52,914 bases of DNA from a virus (lineage: Duplodnaviria; Caudoviricetes): positions 1 to 52,914 of the IMG/VR virus record IMGVR_UViG_3300009506_000044; one strand, given 5' to 3'. Below are positions 38,099-48,503 of the stretch, one piece after another. Both the position numbers and the translations under genes were made by a program. The notes below the pieces were generated by a model. The model was not told the DNA's origin. It searched no databases and was given only the letters and a program-made list of their open reading frames with translations. Each line of letters opens with the position of its first letter. Position 1 is the first letter of the stretch.

Positions 38099-39310
38099 AT
38101 GATCAAGATTGAGTACACTTTTCGGACCAAAGGACCGTTACACACGGGGTCGGACACCAATGCCGGGACGCTGCGGAGTTTGCGTCGGCAGAAATGTATC
38201 CTGGCCGACCCGGTGCAGTACGAAACGAAATTGACCGAACAATCCAGGCGGGACGCCGTGTGCAATATCGCCCTGGCGGTGTGGTTCGCTATCCCAAAGG
38301 ACGGGATCAAGGGCAAGCGGATGATGGGGATCTGGGACGAATTCGCCAACAAACTGACCGCGGCGGCCAGGGCTTCCAACAAATACCAGTTTCTAGAAAA
38401 CATTTGCAGGTCCTGGGGCATCGAGTCGATCACCTACCCGGCGCTGTTGCGATCCATCGACGCCCTGTCGGATTGGGAGTTGCTGGATACCGTGCGCAAC
38501 GAATCCATGTACGTGGTCCTGAAGACTCGCGCCATGCGAGACGAATCGAAACAGGATGAGGTTGGCTGGGAAAAATACCTGACGGATCTGGAAGTCACCA
38601 CCACCGATCAGCGCCCGGTGGAACGCCTAGAAGACATGATTCCCTGTATCAGCGGAAATTCGTTCCGGGGACGCCTACGGCGCCTGGCAATGCACGATTT
38701 TTGTCAGCGCATCGGTCTGAAGAAAATGGATAAGCGGGTGTACCACACGCTGTTTACCGGCGGGTTCCTGGACCAGAGCACGCAGAATGAGGACTTCGAG
38801 AAGATGGAGAAGTTTGTCTCAATGTGTCCGATGCTGGGCGTTCTGGGCGCTGCCATCGGAAACATGACGATTGAGGGCGACCTGAAAATGGGATGGGCCT
38901 ATCCGTTCTGCCGGGAACGCGGCACCGGCCAGCAGTCGTACTGGAACTATATCGACACGGTATTCCAGACGCGCCACGACAGCTCTAAAACCGAAAAACA
39001 GATCGAGTTGACCGGAGACGACCAGACCCAACAGATGAAGTACGAGTATGAAGCGTTCGCGGATGGCACGCCGTTCGAGCACCGTATTGCCTGCGTCTCG
39101 ACGGATGAGTTGATCATCGCGGCGTTCTGGCACCTCATCAGCCTGTGGAAGGCAAATCCATACATTGGCGGGATGGGCGCCGTGGGCGCCGGAGAGTTGG
39201 TCCTGGATTTGAAAGAACCCGCGAAGTCGCTGTCGAAGCCGTACCTGAAGGCCATCATGGAGGATGGAGCAGAAGAAATGCGCGAGTTCTGGGGAACGGT
39301 GACGATATGA
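38099..39310 (+). CDS. csf2: Type IV Cas7 (Csf2) with inserted Cas11-like helical domain
   Basis: PLHTG, IPCISGNSFRGRLRR, LFTGG, LGVLG, Gly-rich loop IGGMGAVGAG; ~140-aa helical insert. Confidence 0.85.
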   Translation: MIKIEYTFRTKGPLHTGSDTNAGTLRSLRRQKCILADPVQYETKLTEQSRRDAVCNIALAVWFAIPKDGIKGKRMMGIWDEFANKLTAAARASNKYQFLENICRSWGIESITYPALLRSIDALSDWELLDTVRNESMYVVLKTRAMRDESKQDEVGWEKYLTDLEVTTTDQRPVERLEDMIPCISGNSFRGRLRRLAMHDFCQRIGLKKMDKRVYHTLFTGGFLDQSTQNEDFEKMEKFVSMCPMLGVLGAAIGNMTIEGDLKMGWAYPFCRERGTGQQSYWNYIDTVFQTRHDSSKTEKQIELTGDDQTQQMKYEYEAFADGTPFEHRIACVSTDELIIAAFWHLISLWKANPYIGGMGAVGAGELVLDLKEPAKSLSKPYLKAIMEDGAEEMREFWGTVTI

Positions 39311-39975
39311 GATCATGGAAGCTGCACGTGCGTTTCTATTCGCCGTGCGTGTTTTACCACCGTCCGCTGTTGGATGCGCTGCTTTCATACGCGCTGGAGC
39401 GGAGACATCAGCCGTACCGCTGCATGTATATCGCCCCGAAATGGCGCAACCGTGATCCGGTAGGCATCCCGCATCTTCAGGATGTCGTGCAATGCTTCGA
39501 TGATATCCCGTTGACCACGCAGATGCGGGCGGTTGGACCGGAGTTGCCGTACCTGGATTCGTGGAAAAAACGGTTCCACTCGAAAGATTTTCGACTTATT
39601 CGCTGGGGACGAGGATCACACAAAATCAATACGGCCAGCGGGAAATACCGGTCGTACAATATGCCGCTGCCGGCGAAAACAATCAATGCGGCCTGGTTCG
39701 GATTCGTCGGAGACGGGCCTGCAGTATTGGATTTGATGCGGTCGCATCTGTTTGCCATCGGGAAAAAAGCGAGTGATGGTTTCGGCATCGTGGACGAATA
39801 CCGTCTCGAAGAGGCTGACCTGGACGCCGTTGACATCCTCGCGCTGCGGCCGGTGCCGTTGCGTGTGATCGCGCAGAAAAACCTGCCGCTGTCAGGCGAG
39901 GCAAAACAGGTGGCCTACAAGCCGCCATATTGGGATAATTGCAATGTTGAAGCATGCGTTTGTCCTGCGCTATAA
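39307..39975 (+). CDS. csf3: Type IV Cas5 (Csf3)
   Basis: LDALL, IGKKASDGFG, RPVP, YKPPYW; ATGA overlap with csf2. Confidence 0.8.
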   Translation: MRSWKLHVRFYSPCVFYHRPLLDALLSYALERRHQPYRCMYIAPKWRNRDPVGIPHLQDVVQCFDDIPLTTQMRAVGPELPYLDSWKKRFHSKDFRLIRWGRGSHKINTASGKYRSYNMPLPAKTINAAWFGFVGDGPAVLDLMRSHLFAIGKKASDGFGIVDEYRLEEADLDAVDILALRPVPLRVIAQKNLPLSGEAKQVAYKPPYWDNCNVEACVCPAL

Positions 39976-40657
39976 GAGCAGGGCGTTCCAGCAGAAAATC
40001 GAGAAAGCCGAGCGCCAGATTGCGGCAGCGTTCGAGGCTCACTTCGGATGGCACGTTGCGTTTTCCGGCGGGAAAGACTCCACGGTGGTGTTGGATCTGG
40101 TACGCCAGTACAAGCCTGACATCACGGCGATATGGTCTGACGACGAATGGTGGCTTCCGGAGACGGGAGAATACATGGACCGGATGAGAAACGCAGGGGT
40201 GAACGTCCACCAGATCCAGACGCGGGCGACGCATGCCGAGTGGTTCAGCACGAACCAGGGCGCCGAGTGGTCAGGCGTACCAGAGTACGCCGCTTCGATC
40301 GGATCACGTGGATGCTTCCTGGGGCTGCGGGCGCAGGAAAACGGATACCGCCGTAGGTATCTCCGCCGGTATGGACTGTTACACTACGCGAAATGTAACC
40401 AGCAGTGGCAGTGCAACCCTATCGGGTGGTGGAAATTCGATGACGTCTGGGCGTATATCCACGGGCGCGAGCTGGATTACAACCGCGCTTACGATCGCCT
40501 GGCGGAAATCGGCATTGATGTCCACCACCAGCGGATTGGACCACTGGCATGCGAGCGGGCCGTCGGATATGGTCAGCTTGCAATACTCAAAATGGGATGG
40601 CCGGAACTGTTTTCACGGTTCGCAGCGGCACATCCGGAGGCAAACCAATATGTTTAG
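39944..40657 (+). CDS. PAPS reductase-like (CysH-like) protein of type IV-B
   Basis: FSGGKDS PP-loop, GLRAQE, PIGWW..DDVWAYI, YDRL. Confidence 0.88.
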   Translation: MLKHAFVLRYKSRAFQQKIEKAERQIAAAFEAHFGWHVAFSGGKDSTVVLDLVRQYKPDITAIWSDDEWWLPETGEYMDRMRNAGVNVHQIQTRATHAEWFSTNQGAEWSGVPEYAASIGSRGCFLGLRAQENGYRRRYLRRYGLLHYAKCNQQWQCNPIGWWKFDDVWAYIHGRELDYNRAYDRLAEIGIDVHHQRIGPLACERAVGYGQLAILKMGWPELFSRFAAAHPEANQYV

Positions 40658-40708
40658 TGTGTCCCGCGATGTGCTGGCGGAGGCCATGCGGACGAAAGGG
40701 GGTGGGGA

Positions 40709-41730
40709 GTGAGCGGGAAGGTGATCTCGATGCGTGCATGCCGCACGGTATGCTGCCCGCACTGCGGAATTGCGTTAACCTGCCATTTTCCGCTTAACAA
40801 GGAGTTGGGCATGTCATCCTGCCCGACGTGCAGAGGGAAGATCCAAATACGCAATATGAGCGGTCGGTTGCTGGTATCGCCCGTGAAGTTCTCTTTTATA
40901 CGAGGTGCGTCAGTGCATATTTTGCGTGGCGCACAGATGGAATGGGGGTGGTGAGTGAGCGCGCGCCTGAAGCTCGCGGAGATCCGTGGCCACCTTCGCG
41001 ATCTGCGCACGCCGCAGGCGGACCACATTGCCGGGGAGGTCTTGCGTTGGATCGGCTTGCCTGCGGATACGCTGATCAGGGGAGACCTGCGTGACGTGAT
41101 TCTGCGAGCGTTGGAGGATTACAGCCGAAAGGAGGTGCACCGTGGGTGAGCGCAGGCTATCGAGGCGCGATTACTTCGCGGGGGTGATCCTCGCGGAACT
41201 GTTGCGCGGCGATGTGCGACGTGACGAGACATACGGCCCGGAGTGGTACGCGCATGTGTGGCGCATGGCAGATGAAATGCTGGCCGCCGAGCCGGGCGTG
41301 GAGATCGGCGCGTATTTTTCGCAGGTGAGCGCCGAGCGGTTGCAGGAGATGCGGACATTGCAGGGGGACATTGCGGTAGACATCACGCGTGCGGTGCTCT
41401 CCGTGATTTCACCTCCGGAGCTGCGCGCGTCGTGCGTGCGGAAGGAGGTGGCGAGTGAGTGAGCGTGACGAAGAACTGGCGGCGTTCGACCACTGGCTAG
41501 CGGGATACATGCGCGAGGTGCAGGGGCCGGCCACGTTCGCGGTGGCTCAGATGCGGGAAGCCTGGCTCGCAGCGCGGGAACATTGCGATGATGCGCTCGC
41601 CGAGTGGATCGCGAAGGCCCTGACGCGCGCTCATTTCAGGGGATCGATGGTGCTGTCCGGCGTCTACGAGGATGCCAAGGAGAATTACATGCGTGTCGTG
41701 CGTGAGGCGATGCGGGAACGGGAACACTGA
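40709..41730 (+). other. Run of small hypothetical genes (40709-40954, 40955-41149, 41142-41462, 41455-41730)
   Basis: Overlapping GTG starts with GGAGG-type RBS; the first has CPHC/CPTC. Confidence 0.55.
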
Positions 41731-41812
41731 CAACAGTGTACCTCCGCCCGCTGGGGAACCGGTCCCCGGCGGGCATCCAAACGGGGGTACACGCAACAAA
41801 CGGGGGTACACG

Positions 41813-42169
41813 ATGGATTTAGCGTTGAAATTGCGGCACGACGTAGCCGCATGGAACATCTGGCGGGAGCAGTTCCCCCAGGTGCAGATCGACCTGGCGG
41901 GCGCGAACCTGGAGAGCGCGTACCTGGCGGGCGCTGACCTGGAGAGCGCTGACCTGCGGTGCGCGAACCTGGAAAGCGCTGACCTGGCGGGCGCGTACCT
42001 GGAGAGCGCTGACCTGCGGGGCGCTGACCTGCGGGGCGCGAATCTGCGGGGCGCGTCCCTGTGGGGCGCGTCCCTGGCGGGCGCCATTTTATGCGACGCG
42101 AATCTGGACGGTGCGATAGTGTCGTACCGGGGAAAATGCGTGCGGATCGTTTTCGAGGAATCACGTTAA
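41813..42169 (+). CDS. Pentapeptide repeat protein
   Basis: A(D/N/Y)Lxx repeats after WNIWRE. Confidence 0.9.
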   Translation: MDLALKLRHDVAAWNIWREQFPQVQIDLAGANLESAYLAGADLESADLRCANLESADLAGAYLESADLRGADLRGANLRGASLWGASLAGAILCDANLDGAIVSYRGKCVRIVFEESR

Positions 42170-42247
42170 CCAGCGTGCTCCGCTCGGGCGGCGTCCGGAG
42201 TCGCCCGAGCACTTTTCACGGGGCACGCGCAACACAAGGAGCACGAT

Positions 42248-42691
42248 ATGGGAGAGATTTTACGGGACTGGACGACACAGGCGGGCCTTCGGGCTGTGCT
42301 GGTGCAGCACTATCGCGGACACATCTGCGGATACGTGGCCGTAGCGGAAGGCCATCCGCTGCACGGTGTGCATTATGACGAGGAAGCGGAATGCCTGCGT
42401 GGCAAGTTACCAGAGGTGATGGAAGGCACGACGGGAAAACGCGGCATTATCACGATTTTATGCGCCGCAGTAGACAAGCCGAGGGCCACGATGGACCTCG
42501 TTTTCGATGTCCACGGCAGTGTTACGTATACCGGGAAAGGCGAGCGGTCGTGTCTGCCGAAAGAGAACGGGGTGTGGTGGATAGGATTCGATACGGCGCA
42601 TTGCGACGACAACCCGGAAGACTGCAACGAATCGTACTGTGCCAACGAATGTGAGCGTCTGGCCGCTCAGATTGCGGAGGTACATTCATGA
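42248..42691 (+). CDS. Phage hypothetical protein
   Basis: GHICGYV...HPLHG...VHGSVTY...WWIGFDTAH. Confidence 0.7.
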   Translation: MGEILRDWTTQAGLRAVLVQHYRGHICGYVAVAEGHPLHGVHYDEEAECLRGKLPEVMEGTTGKRGIITILCAAVDKPRATMDLVFDVHGSVTYTGKGERSCLPKENGVWWIGFDTAHCDDNPEDCNESYCANECERLAAQIAEVHS

Positions 42692-42906
42692 TCCATGAGA
42701 ATTTCGAGACCTTCCGACGCCATGCCGAGGGGCAACTGCGAGAGAAGGGAATCCCGCAGTTTGCAATAGCGTGGGCTCGCCACGGCTGGCTTATGCGCTG
42801 CGAGTACGAAGCGGCGCAGAAGGAAAACCGCGCCCCTGCCGATGCCACGGCACTCGGGGCGCCGTGCGAACCCGCCCAGAAGGCGGGGGTAACGGTGGAA
42901 GTATAG
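42688..42906 (+). CDS. Hypothetical protein
   Basis: ATGA overlap; RBS GGAGG. Confidence 0.55.
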   Translation: MIHENFETFRRHAEGQLREKGIPQFAIAWARHGWLMRCEYEAAQKENRAPADATALGAPCEPAQKAGVTVEV

Positions 42907-43003
42907 CATAGTGTTCTTGTTCTGAGAACTCCTTTCCTGGCCCCCTTCGGGGGGCCTTGATTAACCGAGTTCTCAGAGCGCAACAAAAAAGGAGCATCAG
43001 AAC

Positions 43004-43801
43004 ATGTACGAACTTATTCCCGTTTCCAAGATGATGATCGGAGATGATACAGAGTTGGCGGTGTCAGCCCGTGATTTGCATGCGTTTTTGGGAGTTGCCA
43101 CCAGATTCGACATCTGGATTTCAAGGAGACTTGAAGAAGCGCAACTGATTGAAAACCAGGATTTTGCAGTTATGCTCAATTCTGTACAAAACCCAAAAGG
43201 TGGACGTCCTTCCACAGAATACATTCTCACCATAGATGCCGCAAAACATCTCTGCATGATGGAGAAAACCGACAAGGGGAAAGAAGCCCGTTGCCATTTC
43301 ATCCAGGTCGAAAAGGAAGCCCGGCGCATGGTGATGGCATCGCCGCGCCCGGTCGCCATGATCGAGGAGCAGGCCGCCGGCGTGATGAATGGATGGCTCC
43401 GCGCCGCATCGCTGCTGAGTGTACCCGAACACATCGCCCAGCAGGAGGCCGTCAAGGCCACCCGGCAAAAAACCGGCATCGATTATGAGCCCCTCCTGCT
43501 CAATGCCCCCGCTCAGGACCACATCGACAACGCCGACCGTATGCTGGAGGTGAGCGACCTGGCCGTGGAGTTGAACGTCAACGGCGCCACTCCGGTCCAA
43601 AAGGGCGCCACGTTGAACAAGTTCCTAGCGTTCATCGGCTGGCAGGCACGCAAGGGCGGCCGGTGGATCGCCACGCCGAAGGGGAAGGAATTCTCCGCAG
43701 TGCATGCTTGGAGCAACGGGAAGAAAAGCGGGTACAACCTGAAATGGAACGTGGCCGCCGTACAGGCGGAATGGTCGTCCTTCATGGCGGAAAGGGGGTA
43801 A
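43004..43801 (+). CDS. AntA/AntB antirepressor
   Basis: VSARDLHAFLGV, GGRPSTEYILTIDAAKHLCMME. Confidence 0.9.
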   Translation: MYELIPVSKMMIGDDTELAVSARDLHAFLGVATRFDIWISRRLEEAQLIENQDFAVMLNSVQNPKGGRPSTEYILTIDAAKHLCMMEKTDKGKEARCHFIQVEKEARRMVMASPRPVAMIEEQAAGVMNGWLRAASLLSVPEHIAQQEAVKATRQKTGIDYEPLLLNAPAQDHIDNADRMLEVSDLAVELNVNGATPVQKGATLNKFLAFIGWQARKGGRWIATPKGKEFSAVHAWSNGKKSGYNLKWNVAAVQAEWSSFMAERG

Positions 43802-43806
43802 CCACC

Positions 43807-44892
43807 GTGGATACAGCAATCGCAAAACGCGACAACGGCAACGGGCAGATCGCGCTGACACCGGGCGACAAGATGGTCCTCACCACCGAACAGATCGACC
43901 TGATAAAACAGCAGATCTGCACGAAGGGGAGCGATGCTGAGTTGCAGTTGTTCCTCTATCAATGCAAGCGGACGGGGCTGGACCCGCTCAACCGCCAGAT
44001 ATACGCCCTGTTTTACCACAATAACAAAACGCAGCGCGATGAGATGAGTATCCATATCAGCATCGATGGGATGAGGCTAATTGCCGAGCGATCCGGAAAA
44101 TACGCCGGGCAACTGGGGCCATACTGGTGCGGACCCGATGGAAAATGGTTCGAGGTGTGGCTATTCAACGGCCCACCGGCGGCCGCGAAAGTCGGCATTT
44201 TGAGGAAAGACTGGTCGCAACCGTTGTGGGCGATCGCCAGATTTAACGATTACGCCAAGAAAAATAAATTCTGGAACGAGATCGGTCCGCATATGATCGC
44301 CATCAGGGCCGAAATGATCGGACTTCGCAAGGCGTTTCCGCAGGATCTATCCGGACTGTACGGGGAGGGTGAAATCGTGGAATACGAACCGGCGGTCGAT
44401 ATTCGCCGCATCGAGCAGGTGAAGCCCAGCACAGGAGAACGGCACGTCTTCGAAGGACCGGACGGAGCAGATGCCTTTTTCTACGAGGCGCTACCCAAGT
44501 CCGAAGCGCCACCAGAACCGGAGAAGCCCAAGAAAAACGGCGCTGTGTCGAAAATGTGGGTCGTGCTCGGAGAGGTGTTCGCCACGGCCAAAAAAAACAT
44601 GCCGCCGGAAGATTACGAGCTGCTGACGCGGTGCTTCATTGCGGAGGTTCTGCACCTGCGGATCGATCGCGACGAAAAAGGCAAGCCCCATGTGGGGTCG
44701 ATCAAGACCTACGAGGCCAACAAGGTCGTCGAGGCTTTGAGCGACGCGGACAAAATCGCAGAACTGCGTCCTAAGGTGGATGAGCGCTTTCGGCAGGAGA
44801 AGGAGTGCCAGGAATTTATTGCGCACTCCGCTCCCGCGTCCGATAACGAGCGTCTGCCGTCCGCCGCAGATCGCGGCGCCGGCATAGTGTAA
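43807..44892 (+). CDS. bet: Bet/RecT single-strand annealing recombinase
   Basis: FLYQCKRTGLDPLNRQIY, IDGMRLIAERSGKYAGQ, LRKAFP. Confidence 0.9.
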   Translation: MDTAIAKRDNGNGQIALTPGDKMVLTTEQIDLIKQQICTKGSDAELQLFLYQCKRTGLDPLNRQIYALFYHNNKTQRDEMSIHISIDGMRLIAERSGKYAGQLGPYWCGPDGKWFEVWLFNGPPAAAKVGILRKDWSQPLWAIARFNDYAKKNKFWNEIGPHMIAIRAEMIGLRKAFPQDLSGLYGEGEIVEYEPAVDIRRIEQVKPSTGERHVFEGPDGADAFFYEALPKSEAPPEPEKPKKNGAVSKMWVVLGEVFATAKKNMPPEDYELLTRCFIAEVLHLRIDRDEKGKPHVGSIKTYEANKVVEALSDADKIAELRPKVDERFRQEKECQEFIAHSAPASDNERLPSAADRGAGIV

Positions 44893-45003
44893 CGAACGAA
44901 AATACATCCGCTCGCCCGGCCCACAACCGGCCGGCGCGTTGCCGGTCTCGTGAGAGCAAACATAAGCCTGCCGGGCGAGTGGAAGATATACGGAGGAACA
45001 ATC

Positions 45004-45261
45004 ATGACCGAACTAACCGCAACCGCATGGGCGCCGATGCAATGCCGCCGGTGCTCGCATTTCGTTCCCGTCCCCGATGGGGCAGACCCGGTAGGATGCG
45101 GGATTGATCCGCTTAAAGTACTGGTGCCTCCCGGTGCCAGGTGCCCGCACTGCCGTGGCCTGCACGCGTTCGATGCCGAAAACGGATCGGTGTGGAGGCT
45201 GACGCGCGACCGGACGCATTACGAATTCTATCGTGGGGAGGTGCCCAGTGGAACGGTATAA
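45004..45261 (+). CDS. Small Zn-finger protein
   Basis: CRRC, CPHC; RBS GGAGG. Confidence 0.55.
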   Translation: MTELTATAWAPMQCRRCSHFVPVPDGADPVGCGIDPLKVLVPPGARCPHCRGLHAFDAENGSVWRLTRDRTHYEFYRGEVPSGTV

Positions 45262-45391
45262 TCGAACTGAGTGGTGGGACTACGACGAGGAGGAAGGCGA
45301 CCACGGACTGGTCGCTGGCGTGACGCTGCTGATACTAGCGGCAGCAGTGTATATTTTCGGCCTGCTCTGGAATGTCGGGAGACTGCTATGA
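45248..45391 (+). CDS. 47-aa single-TM membrane protein (not in ORF track)
   Basis: MERYNRTEWWDYDEEEGDHGLVAGVTLLILAAAVYIFGLLWNVGRLL. Confidence 0.5.
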   Translation: MERYNRTEWWDYDEEEGDHGLVAGVTLLILAAAVYIFGLLWNVGRLL

Positions 45392-45891
45392 GCACGAAAA
45401 CGCAAACAACAATCGAACTCCGCGAATGGTTGGCCGAAGGCGAACTCCTGTTCGGACCAAACCGCCGCTACTGGCGTTTCGTCTGCCCGACATGCGGGCA
45501 CATTGCCGCAGCGGAAGATTGGCGCCTGGCAGGGGCACCGGACACATCGGCGGCGATCTCATGCGTCCGGTGGTGGAACGCCAGTCTGGGGCAGTGCCCC
45601 AGCAACGCGGAGAACCCCGTGGAGATCGTCACGCACGGAGAAGAACCCCGGAGAGCCTTCGACTTCGACCGCTCACCCGGCCGGGCATGGCGGGATGAAC
45701 GCGGTCGGTTGGTGTTCGTACATGGCGGGATCGGTGGCGGCGCATGGGCCGCCTATTGGCGAAAGCCGAACGGATCGCTGAAGCGACTCACCTCGAACCG
45801 CTGGCCCACGTTCGACTGCTGTGCAGCCGCACAGGCGAACCTGGACCGCGAGGCACTGCGCAGGGGATGGACGGTGCAAGAGATCGCTTAG
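45388..45891 (+). CDS. VVA0879-like phage protein
   Basis: EWLAEG..LFG...WRFVCPTCG. Confidence 0.6.
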   Translation: MSTKTQTTIELREWLAEGELLFGPNRRYWRFVCPTCGHIAAAEDWRLAGAPDTSAAISCVRWWNASLGQCPSNAENPVEIVTHGEEPRRAFDFDRSPGRAWRDERGRLVFVHGGIGGGAWAAYWRKPNGSLKRLTSNRWPTFDCCAAAQANLDREALRRGWTVQEIA

Positions 45892-46016
45892 AGCGTCCGC
45901 GAGCGGGGTAAAAACCGCTCAAATTTCGACGCGAGTCGTATTTGTGTGGCTTTTCTCGCGGATGTGTGTTGTCGTCGAAATTTTGCGTGGTAGAATGTTC
46001 GTCTGGGAGGATAACT

Positions 46017-46830
46017 ATGTTTGATATGGACGCATTCCCGGAGCTGTTTTTCGCCGAGCATAATTGGCAGCAACGACGGAGGGAGACCATCCAGATCGAT
46101 GCCCGGCTGGACGCCATCGAGCGCAAGCTGGACCTCATCCTGCTGGCGCTGGGTGACCATGTGTTGATGGAGGGCGGATGGCATGACCTCCAGCTGGGAG
46201 AGGTGTCACCGAGAAAGGTTAAGCGGTGCCAGAAAAAATAGTGATTGACGGCGATGAATATTGGACGCTGGCGGATGACGACCGCATCAACGAGTCGTAC
46301 ATCCGGGAGCGGTGCGGGGCATGCCGGGAGCCGAATTTCGTCTATCTGGGCGATCTGAGTGATCTCACCAGATGGGATGTCGATTATTTCGTGTGTTGGT
46401 CGTGTGGAGCGAAAACGATCATGACGAACGACGAATTGATAATCGAGGGATACATTGCGGGGGAATCGATGATGGAGGAAAAGGGAACAGCGTCCGCGAC
46501 TTAGGAACACAGCGCGACCGGGCCTAAAACCACTATTTTGCTAGGTGTGCGACCGTTAAACATACGGCTCGGCGCGATGATATACAGGAGAGCAGCTTGA
46601 GGAAACAGATGCCGATTTTCAGGTCAATCCGACACGCTTGGACATGGCGAAAATATTCCAGGGTCGCAATTTTGCCGAATGCGTGGATTATTCCTGACGA
46701 TGTCGCTGATTTGATAGTATATATGCCAATATTTTGCAGCATAGGCGAGCCATCGCCCTGCGTGGCATGGCGTTTACTGAGCGCTATGGCGCCCGGGAGG
46801 TGCTCCGGATATACTTCCGGATTTTATTAG
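46017..46830 (+). other. Small hypothetical genes (46017-46241, 46226-46504, 46597-46830)
   Basis: SD-led ORFs; the second has CGAC/CWSC. Confidence 0.5.
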
Positions 46831-46972
46831 CCAGCGAAAAAAAGGGCGAGATATCCATAACGACAGGGATAAGGCCGGCGGGAGTTCGCTGGCCGCGAAA
46901 CGCAGGAAATCAGTGAGACAGAAAGGAGGTGCCCGCGTTGATACGACTGGCGCCCGCATGTGCCGGGCGTTC

Positions 46973-47044
46973 GGCCAGGTGGCGCAACGGTAGCGCGTCC
47001 GCCTTGTAAGCGGAGGGTTGCGGGTTCGAGCCCCGCCCTGGCCT
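46973..47044 (+). tRNA. tRNA with anticodon UGU (Thr), atypical acceptor, no encoded CCA
   Basis: Cloverleaf: GGCCAGG/CCTGGCC, D stem GCGC, TCCGC-CTTGTAA-GCGGA, GCGGG-TTCGAGC-CCCGC. Confidence 0.85.
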
Positions 47045-47060
47045 GCAGAGGAGGTGATTT

Positions 47061-48095
47061 ATGGATGCAGAATATACTGCGAAAATTGTTGAACGTATCG
47101 ATGAGTTGAAGCGAGAAATGCTGGCTAGGGCCGAGCGGGAACTTGGGATTGACAAGATTGTCAAGCCGCCCTGCGAGGAGTGTGCATATTTTTCGCCGCA
47201 GATCCTCTATTCCGGCAGGCTCATAATGTGCATTGCTGATCGTATGTCGCATGATTTTTCGTGTTTTTCACGTGAACTGGAATGGAAGCGTTTGGGTTAT
47301 CAATCGAAAGAAAAACGTGATATAGAGCAAAAAATGAAAGCAGAAGAATAGTGCGCAGATTCGTGAAATACACGCTATTCTGTGTGTGCGCGGTCATCGC
47401 GGTATACTGTGCTGTATACCGTTTCGCACGTCCGGAGATGACCGATACGCAGGTGACACTGGCGCTATGGCCGTGGGAGATCGCCTGTGTTGGAGCGTTT
47501 TTCGGTGGAGTCGTTTTGGGGGGTGGAAGGTGAGAGTGGAAACGGTGTACTCTCCGAACGTGTACGGTGACAATAATTGCTACATATGCCGTAATCTGAA
47601 AATCGGAGAGAAATATGCGAGGTTCAACGAGTGGCCTGAAGATGGACAGCCGTTTTGCGTGTGCAAGGAGTGCATGCAGAAGGCCATCGTTGCAATAGAC
47701 GAATTCGAGGATGACGAATGAAGTGTTGTCTTTGCGGTGGTCCACTGTTTTATGTCCGCGGGATATCGGTATGCCCGCTGAAGGGTTGCCACAAAAATCT
47801 GTCGCGTTTTTCGAATTCGATATGTGCCGGAAAATTCACGCTGCACAAGCGAGTATACACTAGATGCAGGGGTATGTTCGAGAAATTCACGGGGATGTGC
47901 AACCGACGTCCATTTTTCGAGTATCCGACAGGGCATGTGTTATGCCTGGGCGCCAGTGGCCAGCGCGAAAAAATGTGGGATATCAAAATTGACTTCGAGG
48001 TATACCAATTTGATTTGAGTGGAATTTATGATAGCGCAAATCTGTCCGTGTTGGAAAGATGGGAACGCACTGATATACCGATAATGGAGGCATAA
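47061..48095 (+). other. Small hypothetical genes (47061-47351, 47351-47533 membrane, 47530-47721, 47718-48095)
   Basis: Overlapping ORFs, mostly CxxC-containing. Confidence 0.55.
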
Positions 48096-48310
48096 TGCAA
48101 ACTGCGACAGGATTTTGCAAGCGGTGCCAGCGCCAGGTGGCGATACAGCGCCCTGGAGTCAACCATGTGTTGCACCTGCTACTGACGATGTTCACGCTCG
48201 GGCTGTGGTTCCCGTTGTGGATGCTGTTTATTTTCGCGGGATCGTTCGGCCTGGGAGGGTGGCGGTGTACCACTTGCGGGCGGAAAGTCGCGAGGAGTCT
48301 GTTTCGATGA
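48095..48310 (+). CDS. Membrane-associated Zn-ribbon protein (LITAF-like layout)
   Basis: CKRC, hydrophobic hairpin, CTTC. Confidence 0.6.
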   Translation: MQTATGFCKRCQRQVAIQRPGVNHVLHLLLTMFTLGLWFPLWMLFIFAGSFGLGGWRCTTCGRKVARSLFR

Positions 48311-48503
48311 AATATGCAAGGTTCAAATCGAAAATATCGGCAATGCTGATGCGCAATTTTTTTGGTCGCCGCGTATATCTTTGGCCATCTTATTGGTTTA
48401 TCAGATTCGGTTTTCGTGTACCGTGGGATACCCAAAAAAAATGGTCAGCTGCGGCTGAGTGCCAAAAGGCATATTATGATGCGATTGGGAGTAATGCAGA
48501 CTG

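Noticed and set aside
41890-42110. 15-bp periodic repeats as a guide array for type IV-B
   Set aside because: Fully explained by pentapeptide-repeat coding.
46973-47044. tRNA as a prophage attachment site
   Set aside because: Internal to phage genes; no duplicated 3' end or integrase seen.
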